From an uncultured Bacteroidaceae bacterium (lineage in GTDB: Bacteria > Bacteroidota > Bacteroidia > Bacteroidales > GCA-2748055): DNA of 64,000 nt. The notes under the pieces are model-generated. The model ran no database searches. It saw nothing but the letters and a program-made list of their open reading frames with translations, and was not told the origin of the DNA. Of the stretch, positions 47,786 through 56,731 are shown piece after piece. The stretch is taken from the NCBI GenBank assembly GCA_964528675.1, contig CAZGTU010000006.1, positions 29,424 through 93,423 on the forward strand. Direction: 5' to 3'. Position 1 is the stretch's first letter. Every line of letters starts with the position of its first letter. The position numbers and the translations under genes are program-made.

Positions 47786-50700
47786 ATGCGAAAACTACTG
47801 CTAATTAAACTAACACTACTCTCGCTTTTTACAACATTTGCACAGGATCCGGAATACGGCTATCTGGCTGCAGAGGCAGAAGCAGAGGACGGAACTCTTT
47901 CGGGAGTGGTTGTTGGAAGCTCCGATCCAGGATATTCAGGAAGCGGCTATGTGACCGGTTTTGACAGTGATAATGATAAGGTAACAGTTGATATGGATGT
48001 ACCGGAAACAGGATTTTACAGGCTTGTAATAGATTATAATGCCCCCAATGGCGAAAAAACCCAGTTCCTTTCAGTTAATGCCGGACCTTCTTCATCACTG
48101 GTCTTTCCGGCTACAACTGCCTTTGCCCGGGTTGATGCCGGTAAATATCACCTTCAAAAAGGACAAAACAGCTTTTCAATTATAAAATCCTGGGGCTGGT
48201 CAAATATAGACAAGTTTTCACTTTATTATGCAGAAGCGAATGAATATAACATCTCCCCTGCCCCTGTCGATTCTGCTGCCAATGAAGAAAGCATTGCTCT
48301 TTATGATTTCCTGAAGCTTCAATTTGGGAAAAGAATAATTTCAGGGCAAACTCACAATTACTACGATGAAATTGTCAGTTTAACAGGAAAATCTCCAATG
48401 TTGAGAACAGGTGACTTCCAGGTTTATACGGAGGGTTACCCCTACCTGTGGAAAGACGGGGGACATACCTTTGGAAAAACCGATGATGGCACTGTGGATG
48501 AACTCATCAACTGGTATAATTCCACCAATGGAAAAGGAATAGTATCATTCCAGTGGCACTGGCACTCCCCTACTGGCGGTGAAGCCGGAACCAATACTTT
48601 TTATACCGATTACACTACATTCGACATCACCCGTGCAGTCACCCCCGGAACTCCTGAATATGATGATATCATCAGGGATATTGATGACATATCAACTGAA
48701 TTGAAGAAATTTCGTGATGCAGGAATTCCTGTTCTCTGGCGGCCGCTTCATGAAGCAGGGGGAGGATGGTTCTGGTGGGGAGCCAGAGGAGCAGAACCCT
48801 GCCTGGAGCTCTATGATATTATATATGACCGGATGAAAAATCATCACCAGCTTCATAATCTTATCTGGGTATGGTCAACCCCTGAAGAAGAATGGTATCC
48901 GGGAAATGATAAGGTGGATATTATAGGATATGATTCCTATCCCGGAGATTTCAACTATGGCATACAAAAAACCATGTTCGATGCCCTTTACCGGTTGACT
49001 TCAGGAGAAAAGCTCATTGCGATGACAGAAAACGGACCGATTCCCGATCCGGATGCCTGCCTGGAAGAAGATGCCCCATGGTTATTGTTTATGGCCTGGA
49101 GTGACCTTGTGAGCAGTCAGAATTCTGAACAGCATATAAAAGATGTGTACAATAATACGAATGTGCTTACACTTGAATCGGATAATGCGATTACCGGACC
49201 TGAATGGAGAAGTGCGCTTTATCCCGAAGACTGGAAACCGGGATACCAGGATGAATATGGTCGGTATCTGCATGATTTTTCATACGCAGGCTATCATAAA
49301 AGTGAAAAAGAGATACCCTTTATCACCGAAAATATTGTGGATGTAACCCAACCCCCTTACAATGCAGACAATACCGGCAATGATGATGTCACAAGTATAA
49401 TTCAACAGGCACTTGATGATGTGAGCTCCTCCGGAGGGGGTGTAGTTTTCCTTCCTGCCGGCACTTACAGAATTAAGCCCGCTGCTTCAGGTGACTATGC
49501 CCTCAGAATCCGATATGACGGGACTATCCTAAGAGGTGCCGGACCAGGTGAAACCTACATCTGGAATGATGAGACTTATATGAGACAAAAAGATATCATC
49601 AGGGTGAATGGAGACTGGTCTGGTTGGTTCGAAAATTACGGTACTACCACAAAAGTAGCTAAAGATGTACTGCTCCCAACCCGCATTATTCCGGTTGAAT
49701 CGGTAAGTGGCTTCAAAAAAGGTGATAAAATTATGATCACCAATCCTGCTACCGATGCCTTTATAGCCGAACATGACATGACGGGCCACTGGAAACAGTC
49801 TGCTATCAAAGGTGTTGCATTTAAGAGAGTGATAGATTCGATAGATGTACAGAACAATCTGCTATTTATTGATGCTCCGACTCGCTATTTTCTTAAAACC
49901 CGCGATAATGCAAAAGTGAGTCATGCAGGAAAGCACATCAGAGAATGCGGTATTGAAGACCTGTCCATTGGAAATACGGAAAATCCGAAAAGCGGCTGGG
50001 ATGAAGAGTCTTACTCAACCTCAGGGACAGGAGCATATGATGTACATTTTTCTCAGGCTATCAGTATGAATTATGTTGAAGATTCATGGATCAAAAATGT
50101 AAATACCTACAAGCCAGACGTGAATACTCTGGATTTCCACATTCTCTCAAACTGTCTTATCCTTCGTTCCTGCAGACAGGTGACTGTGGATTCTTGTTTT
50201 TTCCAGAAACCCCAATATGAAGGAGGAGGCGGAAACGGTTACATGTATACCCTCGAGTCGAACGATTGCCTTATCAAAAACAGCAGGGCAAATCACAGCC
50301 GGCATAATTATGATTTCAAGTTTCCCTTCAGCAATGGCAATGTTATCCATAACTGCCTGGGGGAGAACTCAAAATATTCCAGCGATTTTCACATGTTTCT
50401 GAGTATGTCCAACCTTTTTGATGTATTCACTGTGAATGGTGATTATCTTGAATCCATGTTCAGGCCATGGGGAGGAAGCTGGTCCATTCACGGATATTCA
50501 TCAACGGAATCGGTTTTTTACAATACCTACGGTGAAGCTTATCATCCCAACCGTGATTACATTGTTGAATCGCGGCAATATAAATGGGGCTATATCATAG
50601 GTACTTCAGGACCTGCCGACAGGGTGAAGACAGAACCTGTTTCCGGCACCAGCAATGGTTTTTCTTATGACACCTCTCCTGAAGATATGGTTGAAGGTGT

Positions 50701-51745
50701 GGGAATGGGGCAGGATCTGAGACCGGTTTCCCTGTACCTTGATCAATTTGAAAGACGTACAAAAACATATCCCGGTATAGGTACATTTGATGTTAGCATT
50801 GAAGTGAGAGATGAAATATCTAATGAAACAATCAGTGATGCTGATGTCAGTATTTACAATGAAACCCTATCTACCAACAGTTCCGGTAAAGCGGTATTCA
50901 ACAATGTATTGAATTCATTTTATCTCAGCATCGACGGAGGAAATTTCAGGGATCTTACCGAAAGGCAGATAGTTATTTACAGCGATACAAGCCTTGTGTT
51001 TTACCTGGAAAGAAATAATTATGATGTAAGTTTTCGATTATATGATGAAAAGGATCTTGAGCCGTTCTGGGGAGTGAATGTAAGGCTGGGAGGTTCTACG
51101 AAAGTTACTGATAACAATGGTGTTGTAAACTTCAATGTACCGGAAGGTGAACACGAATATTCGATTGACAAGCTATCGTACCACCGGGAAACCGGAACAT
51201 TGGATGTTCATTCAGATACGGTAATGGATTTTTTCCTGGTCCGTACACATGCAAATATAAAATTCAGGCTCAGGGAAGGCACTACTCCCGTAAATGATGC
51301 AATCGTAAAGATGAAAGATGACTCACTTGTAAGCACTTCCCTTGGATTGGCTGAATTCAGGCAAAAACCTGTGGGAGAAAATTATTCTTACAGTATAACC
51401 AAAGAAAATTATCATAACAGAGATGGCAGTCTTTACCTCACTACAGATACTACCATAAATGTTGAAATGCTTAAAAAACCCTCCGGAATTAATGAAATTC
51501 ATCCTGATGATAATTTCCAGTTCTGGCCAAATCCGGCAGAAGATGTGTTATTCTGTCGATTCAAGGATTATTCCAAAGATATAATCCTGAAGATTACCGA
51601 TCTTAAAGGGAAAGAAATCATTGTTATTGAAAATCATGGTGCTCATGAACTGATCATTAATACCGCTAAGCTGGATACGGGATTGTATTTACTTGAATAT
51701 AATTCTTTGAAAATGAATAAATCATTTCTTCTGCTGGTCAGATGA
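47786..51745 (+). CDS. Multimodular CBM35-GH26 beta-mannanase + unassigned right-handed beta-helix + 3 beta-sandwich spacers + T9SS CTD
   Basis: CBM35 'AEAEDGTLSGV...GYSGSGYV'; GH26 'WHWHSP', acid/base 'LWRPLHEAGGGWFWWG', nucleophile 'AMTENG'; beta-helix 'HDFSYAGY...IIQQALD...GGGVVFLPAGTYRI'; CTD 'FWPNPA...ITDLKG...GLYLLEY'. Confidence 0.88.
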   Translation: MRKLLLIKLTLLSLFTTFAQDPEYGYLAAEAEAEDGTLSGVVVGSSDPGYSGSGYVTGFDSDNDKVTVDMDVPETGFYRLVIDYNAPNGEKTQFLSVNAGPSSSLVFPATTAFARVDAGKYHLQKGQNSFSIIKSWGWSNIDKFSLYYAEANEYNISPAPVDSAANEESIALYDFLKLQFGKRIISGQTHNYYDEIVSLTGKSPMLRTGDFQVYTEGYPYLWKDGGHTFGKTDDGTVDELINWYNSTNGKGIVSFQWHWHSPTGGEAGTNTFYTDYTTFDITRAVTPGTPEYDDIIRDIDDISTELKKFRDAGIPVLWRPLHEAGGGWFWWGARGAEPCLELYDIIYDRMKNHHQLHNLIWVWSTPEEEWYPGNDKVDIIGYDSYPGDFNYGIQKTMFDALYRLTSGEKLIAMTENGPIPDPDACLEEDAPWLLFMAWSDLVSSQNSEQHIKDVYNNTNVLTLESDNAITGPEWRSALYPEDWKPGYQDEYGRYLHDFSYAGYHKSEKEIPFITENIVDVTQPPYNADNTGNDDVTSIIQQALDDVSSSGGGVVFLPAGTYRIKPAASGDYALRIRYDGTILRGAGPGETYIWNDETYMRQKDIIRVNGDWSGWFENYGTTTKVAKDVLLPTRIIPVESVSGFKKGDKIMITNPATDAFIAEHDMTGHWKQSAIKGVAFKRVIDSIDVQNNLLFIDAPTRYFLKTRDNAKVSHAGKHIRECGIEDLSIGNTENPKSGWDEESYSTSGTGAYDVHFSQAISMNYVEDSWIKNVNTYKPDVNTLDFHILSNCLILRSCRQVTVDSCFFQKPQYEGGGGNGYMYTLESNDCLIKNSRANHSRHNYDFKFPFSNGNVIHNCLGENSKYSSDFHMFLSMSNLFDVFTVNGDYLESMFRPWGGSWSIHGYSSTESVFYNTYGEAYHPNRDYIVESRQYKWGYIIGTSGPADRVKTEPVSGTSNGFSYDTSPEDMVEGVGMGQDLRPVSLYLDQFERRTKTYPGIGTFDVSIEVRDEISNETISDADVSIYNETLSTNSSGKAVFNNVLNSFYLSIDGGNFRDLTERQIVIYSDTSLVFYLERNNYDVSFRLYDEKDLEPFWGVNVRLGGSTKVTDNNGVVNFNVPEGEHEYSIDKLSYHRETGTLDVHSDTVMDFFLVRTHANIKFRLREGTTPVNDAIVKMKDDSLVSTSLGLAEFRQKPVGENYSYSITKENYHNRDGSLYLTTDTTINVEMLKKPSGINEIHPDDNFQFWPNPAEDVLFCRFKDYSKDIILKITDLKGKEIIVIENHGAHELIINTAKLDTGLYLLEYNSLKMNKSFLLLVR

Positions 51746-51780
51746 ACTATGTTGCTTCCTGATGATGGTTACCGGGTTTA

Positions 51781-51814
51781 TCAACGTAGTTAAATACGTA
51801 GTTAAATACGTTGA
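51781..51814. repeat. 12-nt tandem repeat nested in an 8-bp inverted repeat (possible operator) upstream of GH9
   Basis: acgtagttaaat x2 + acgt (51784-51811); tcaacgta (51781-51788) / tacgttga (51807-51814). Confidence 0.6.
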
Positions 51815-52049
51815 TGATTTTTTTTATATAACAAACTATAGATCATTTACAGAAAAAAAATAATTCCGGGGTGCTCATGTCCATTGGTTTTTAATCATGT
51901 TTCCCAATCCATTTTCAAAGAAATTCGTGATTTTTCATACAGTTGACATCAAACGGCGTTTATTTCAAAAAAAAATTAAAACAATAAAAAACGCATTAAT
52001 ATTCATATAAATTATTCAATAGTATTATCAGAGATAATTTCATTTCAAA

Positions 52050-52057
52050 TATATTTG
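52050..52057 (+). promoter_or_regulatory. Candidate -7 promoter element upstream of GH9
   Basis: TATATTTG, 26 nt before ATG 52084. Confidence 0.45.
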
Positions 52058-52083
52058 CTATATAACTCAAACCTGCATTCACT

Positions 52084-54936
52084 ATGTCTATCAAAAAAAT
52101 CGCATGCATTATTTTACTGTCAATTCTGACGCATTCTCTTTTCTCCCAGACCAAATTCATTATAATTGATCAGTTCGGGTATTTGCCACAAGCTGAGAAG
52201 ATTGCCGTAATAAAAAATCCTATTAAAGGATTTGATGCCGGAAGAAGCTTTCAGCCGGGAAATATTTACTCGGTGGTGAATGCCGCCAGTGGAGAAAAAA
52301 TTTTCACCGGATCTCCCGTTGCCTGGAAGAGCGGCATGACTCATTCAGGTTCCGGCGACCGGGTATGGCATTTCGATTTTTCCGGGGTGAGTGAACCCGG
52401 AACATATTATATTCTCGATGAACAGCGGGGACAGCGGTCTTACGATTTTATCATTGCCGAAAATATATATAATGAAGTCTTAAAACATGCCATGCGCACC
52501 TTCTTTTATCAAAGAGCAGGTTTTCCTAAAAAAGCCCAATATGCCGGCGAGGAATGGGCAGATGAAGCAAGTCATATCGGGCCTTTACAGGATAAAAACT
52601 GCCGGAGTTTCTTTGATAAGGACAATCCCGACACTGAAAGAGATGTAAGCGGTGGCTGGTATGATGCAGGTGATTATAACAAATACACCAATTGGACAGC
52701 AAATTATATAGTTGAATTCATGAAAGCTTATCTTGAAAGACCGGAGGCCTGGGGAGATGATTACAACATACCGGAATCGGGGAATGGGATCCCTGATATT
52801 CTGGATGAGGCTAAATGGGGGATTGACCATCTTTTAAGAATGCAGCAGCAGGATGGAAGTGTTCTCAGTATAGTAGGAGAAGCCGGAGGAAGCCCTCCCT
52901 CCTCCGCTACCGGAGCATCATATTATGGACCTCCAAATACCTCAGCAACCTTAAATACTGCTGCAAGTCTGGCCATAGCATCAAAGGTATACAGAAGCAT
53001 CGATATGAATTCTTATGCCGACAGCCTTCTCACCGCAGCCCGGGATGCCTGGGACTGGGCAGAATTGTATCCTGATTCCCTCTTCAACAATAACGATCCT
53101 GCATACAATTCACAGGGTCTGGGTGCAGGAAGGCAGGAGGTTGATGATTATGGTCGTCTGATGGTAAAACTGGAAGCAGCATGTTACCTGTTTGAAGTCA
53201 CCGGCGATGTCATGTACCGTGATTTTTTCGATGCAAACTACAAACAAAGTCATATGTTTCAATGGGGCCATGCCTATCCCTATGAACACCGAAACCAGGA
53301 CGCCCTGCTTTATTATACCAGCCTGGAAAATGGCTCCGCAAATGTAAAACAGGATATCCTTGATGTATACAGAAATGCTATGCTTTCTTCCGATATCAAT
53401 TTCCCTGCCCATGAGAACAAAATGGATCCCTATTTCGCGTTTCTGGAGAGCTATACATGGGGTAGCAATGGGATAAAATCCGCCCAGGGAAGCATGTTCT
53501 ACAATCTAATATCCTATTATGAAAATTCATCCGACAGTGCAAAAGCCAGCACTGCAGCAATGAAATACATAAACTACATACATGGGGTCAATCCCCTGAA
53601 TTTTGTATACCTGTCAAACATGTATGATTACGGAGCAGACAGCTCCGTGAATGAATTTTATCATTCATGGTTTACAAATGGAAGTGAGAAATGGGATCGC
53701 GTGGGTGAGTCTTTATACGGACCTCCTCCGGGTTATCTTACCGGGGGACCAAATCCCTCCTACAACCGGGATGGTTGCTGCCCGGATAATTGTGGTGCCG
53801 GGAACAACAGTAAATGTACATCAGAATCATTAAGTCCTCCCAAAGGTCAACCCGAACAGAAATCTTATAAAGACTGGAATACAAGCTGGCCTCAAAACTC
53901 ATGGGAAGTCACCGAGAACAGTTGTGGCTACCAGACAAACTACATACGATTATTATCAAAATTTGTAAATATTGATAAAGACTGCAATGGAGATCCGGGA
54001 GGAACTGCATTTATCGATTCATGCGGCGTATGTGCGGGCGGAAATACAGGGATAACTCCTTCACTTTCAAAAGATGAATGTGATTTTCCGGTTGATTGCA
54101 GGGGAATTGAAAATGGCGCTGCTTTCATAGATTCCTGTGGCAATTGTGCCGGAGAATATACTGGAATTACACCAGTTTTGGATACCAGCCTTTGCATAGA
54201 GCCTGTTGAGGAATACGATGTAACAATCAGACTATTGGACAGCTATAATAATGATCCATTCTGGGGAGTTCCTGTGGAGCTGGGAGAATATTCGGAAGTA
54301 AGTGATGGAGAGGGAGAAGTTGTTTTTATTCTCGCAGAAGGGGAATACAATTACCAGATCAACAAGATTTCATATAAACCGGAGAGCGGAACAATAAATA
54401 TTGTTTCAGATACAGTTATAGATTTTTTCCTGGTCAAAACCCATGCGAATATAAAATTCCGGCTGAAAAACGGCACTACACCTGTAAACAATGCATGGGT
54501 TAAGCTGAGGAATGATTCTCTGGCTACAAATTCACTGGGTATAGCAAATTTCAATGAAATACCGGTCGGAGAAAATTATAGTTACTCTGTCAGGAAAGAA
54601 GGTTTTTACCTGATTGAAGGAACAATTTCTCCTTTAAGCGACACCACGCTGAATATTGATATGGAGAAAAAACCGGTCAATATACCTAATCAATTTAAGG
54701 AAAGTAATTTCAGTTTTTATCCGAATCCTGCAGATAATCATATTCGTTGCACATTGGAAAATATGAAATCCGATATCTCAATCCGGATCACAGACCTGAA
54801 TGGAAGGGATTACATCAACATACATCCGGCGGAAGAGGAGTTTATCCTTAACACATCGGATCTCAATACCGGACTTTATATTCTGCAATATTTAGCAGGA
54901 AATAAAAAGGAAAATTTCCTCCTCATTATCAGATAA
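52084..54936 (+). CDS. GH9 endoglucanase (N-terminal Ig-like) + 2 Cys-rich repeats + 2 beta-sandwich spacers + T9SS CTD
   Basis: 'IDQFGYLP..EKIAV' Ig domain; 'GGWYDAGDYNKY', 'PDILDEAKW', 'YIHGVNP', 'SWEVTENSCGYQ'; CTD 'FYPNPA...ITDLNG...GLYILQY'. Confidence 0.9.
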   Translation: MSIKKIACIILLSILTHSLFSQTKFIIIDQFGYLPQAEKIAVIKNPIKGFDAGRSFQPGNIYSVVNAASGEKIFTGSPVAWKSGMTHSGSGDRVWHFDFSGVSEPGTYYILDEQRGQRSYDFIIAENIYNEVLKHAMRTFFYQRAGFPKKAQYAGEEWADEASHIGPLQDKNCRSFFDKDNPDTERDVSGGWYDAGDYNKYTNWTANYIVEFMKAYLERPEAWGDDYNIPESGNGIPDILDEAKWGIDHLLRMQQQDGSVLSIVGEAGGSPPSSATGASYYGPPNTSATLNTAASLAIASKVYRSIDMNSYADSLLTAARDAWDWAELYPDSLFNNNDPAYNSQGLGAGRQEVDDYGRLMVKLEAACYLFEVTGDVMYRDFFDANYKQSHMFQWGHAYPYEHRNQDALLYYTSLENGSANVKQDILDVYRNAMLSSDINFPAHENKMDPYFAFLESYTWGSNGIKSAQGSMFYNLISYYENSSDSAKASTAAMKYINYIHGVNPLNFVYLSNMYDYGADSSVNEFYHSWFTNGSEKWDRVGESLYGPPPGYLTGGPNPSYNRDGCCPDNCGAGNNSKCTSESLSPPKGQPEQKSYKDWNTSWPQNSWEVTENSCGYQTNYIRLLSKFVNIDKDCNGDPGGTAFIDSCGVCAGGNTGITPSLSKDECDFPVDCRGIENGAAFIDSCGNCAGEYTGITPVLDTSLCIEPVEEYDVTIRLLDSYNNDPFWGVPVELGEYSEVSDGEGEVVFILAEGEYNYQINKISYKPESGTINIVSDTVIDFFLVKTHANIKFRLKNGTTPVNNAWVKLRNDSLATNSLGIANFNEIPVGENYSYSVRKEGFYLIEGTISPLSDTTLNIDMEKKPVNIPNQFKESNFSFYPNPADNHIRCTLENMKSDISIRITDLNGRDYINIHPAEEEFILNTSDLNTGLYILQYLAGNKKENFLLIIR

Positions 54937-55034
54937 GCAACTGAGCGGAATAGTTTACAAATGATTTTTGAACAAAGGAGTCTTTTTTTTGCTATAGTAT
55001 TACAGATCTTAGTTTTTAAGAAGATTAAAAGAAC

Positions 55035-55286
55035 ATGAAGAACTTATTATTCAGGATCACAATATTATTTTCATTACTGCTGTGGAGCAGTTTTATTATC
55101 ACAGCTCAACTACCCACGCATTATCCTTCGGGTGACGAGCCTGTGAGAATAAACCTGGTAAATATTATCATCTTTTTCGTGGTCCCGGTCTTACTCCTTG
55201 TATTTTACATATACTGGCTACGCTCGAGGCGTAAGAAAAGAGAAAAGGAGAAAGAAGAAAAAGAGAAACAAGACAGAGCCTCCTAG
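55035..55286 (+). CDS. Small membrane protein, unknown function
   Basis: Signal-like N-terminus, one TM helix 'IIIFFVVPVLLLVFYIYW', charged tail. Confidence 0.6.
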   Translation: MKNLLFRITILFSLLLWSSFIITAQLPTHYPSGDEPVRINLVNIIIFFVVPVLLLVFYIYWLRSRRKKREKEKEEKEKQDRAS

Positions 55287-55308
55287 TTTTAGGTCAAATG
55301 CAAATTGC

Positions 55309-55701
55309 TTAAATTACCCATATCAATCCACTAAACACCAGTACCAGCAGCAATATTAAAAGAAACCAGAAAAACACTCCCAGTGCAATAAAAGCTACTT
55401 TATCCCCCTGATATTCTTCACCTGCCTGATCCACTCTTTTTCTGTCCTGTTTACCCGGGCTGGCCGCAGCAAGAATGAGGGCAAACAATATTCCCACTAC
55501 AAGGGGAGGCAACCAGTATACATCCCTGTAATATGGCCCTGTGGGTTCAATCCATATATCGGCTGCCATTACTGCTAATAATATAACAAGGAAAAAAGTC
55601 CAGAATCTTCCCCACGGGCCTCTTACACGAAAAAGATAGGTAAAAGCAAGTGTGATAAGCAATGTAATGCCTATTAAATAAATTAAAGTTAAAGCATCCA
55701 T
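55309..55701 (-). CDS. Hypothetical 4-TM membrane protein
   Basis: Four hydrophobic segments; 'RGPWGRFWTFFLVILL' pattern. Confidence 0.65.
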   Translation of the reverse strand: MDALTLIYLIGITLLITLAFTYLFRVRGPWGRFWTFFLVILLAVMAADIWIEPTGPYYRDVYWLPPLVVGILFALILAAASPGKQDRKRVDQAGEEYQGDKVAFIALGVFFWFLLILLLVLVFSGLIWVI

Positions 55702-56139
55702 AACATTCTAATTTTAGTTGTTATCGGGTTAAGAAATGAGAATACTGTGCCACCCCGGACCAAAATTTCTGACCCGATCATTAACAAAGCTTATTTTTTA
55801 GTGTTTGTCTTTCCTCCGGTCTCGAATAACTTGAAGAATAAGGGATATGCTTTTTTCTATCTTTTATATAGATCTCCCTCATACGTTCTGTTTTTAATGA
55901 GTAAGGATTGCCAATAAACGTGGAATAAGTTCCACAAATTCAGTTACCCAAAACCACCGAAAAATAGAAGAATCAAGATAATTGACCGAGGCACAGGGGA
56001 ATTCCGGAACTTGATTTCCATACAGGATTTTTGGAACAATTATTTCAGTAGATGATCACAGAATAAGATAAGATAGAATTTGTTGAATTAACTGAAGTTT
56101 CGCACTTGATTAATAATTGAAAACTAAAAAATATACATT

Positions 56140-56691
56140 ATGACACAAGAAAAGAAAGCACTGAAAGATAAAAAAGTAGCCATAGTTGCTACCAATGGAT
56201 TTGAAGAAATTGAATTAACCGCGCCCAAAGAAGAGCTTGAGGGATACGGAGCCACTGTTGAACTATTATCCAATGAGCATAAGATTAAGTCATGGGATAA
56301 AACAAACTGGGGAAAGGATTTTCAGGCAGATAAACTGATAAAGAATGCAAATGTAGATGATTATGATGGCCTTATTATCCCCGGAGGAGTAATAAACGGT
56401 GATAAGTTGAGAAGGGATGAAGTGGCAGTGCAAATGATTAAAACATTTGCGATGAAAAACAAATTGATTGCTGCCATTTGTCATGGACCCCAGCTCTTAA
56501 TTGAAGCGGACCTGGTTAACGGGAAAAATCTTACATCACACAAAGCAATAAAAACCGACATGAAAAATGCAGGTGCGAATTATGAGGAAAGGGGTGTGGC
56601 TGAAGACGAAAATATCATAACAGCGCAGGGTCCTGATGATATTCCCGGCTTCATGAAAAAAATCTATGAATATTTAAAACCTGAAGTTTAA
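56140..56691 (+). CDS. PfpI/DJ-1 family protein (type 1 glutamine amidotransferase-like)
   Basis: 'ATNGFEEIELTAP', 'YDGLIIPGG', nucleophile elbow 'AAICHGPQLLIEA'. Confidence 0.92.
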   Translation: MTQEKKALKDKKVAIVATNGFEEIELTAPKEELEGYGATVELLSNEHKIKSWDKTNWGKDFQADKLIKNANVDDYDGLIIPGGVINGDKLRRDEVAVQMIKTFAMKNKLIAAICHGPQLLIEADLVNGKNLTSHKAIKTDMKNAGANYEERGVAEDENIITAQGPDDIPGFMKKIYEYLKPEV

Positions 56692-56731
56692 TGAGGATGT
56701 ATTGAAAAGTTAACTTCATTAAAAAGAACTT

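Noticed and set aside
47445-47786. Programmed frameshift/readthrough joining the GH5_2 fragment to the GH26 gene
   Set aside because: The downstream gene has its own ATG and signal peptide, and the missing ~200 aa of GH5 are not present in any frame.
53980-54195. Canonical dockerin, implying a true cellulosome
   Set aside because: Repeat length, four Cys per copy and lack of the second helix motif do not fit type I-III dockerins, and no cohesin is recognisable. Kept only as an analogy in findings.
55702-56139. Hidden sRNA or small ORF in the 438-nt divergent spacer
   Set aside because: Only 25- and 33-codon minus-strand ORFs without support, and no convincing structure seen.
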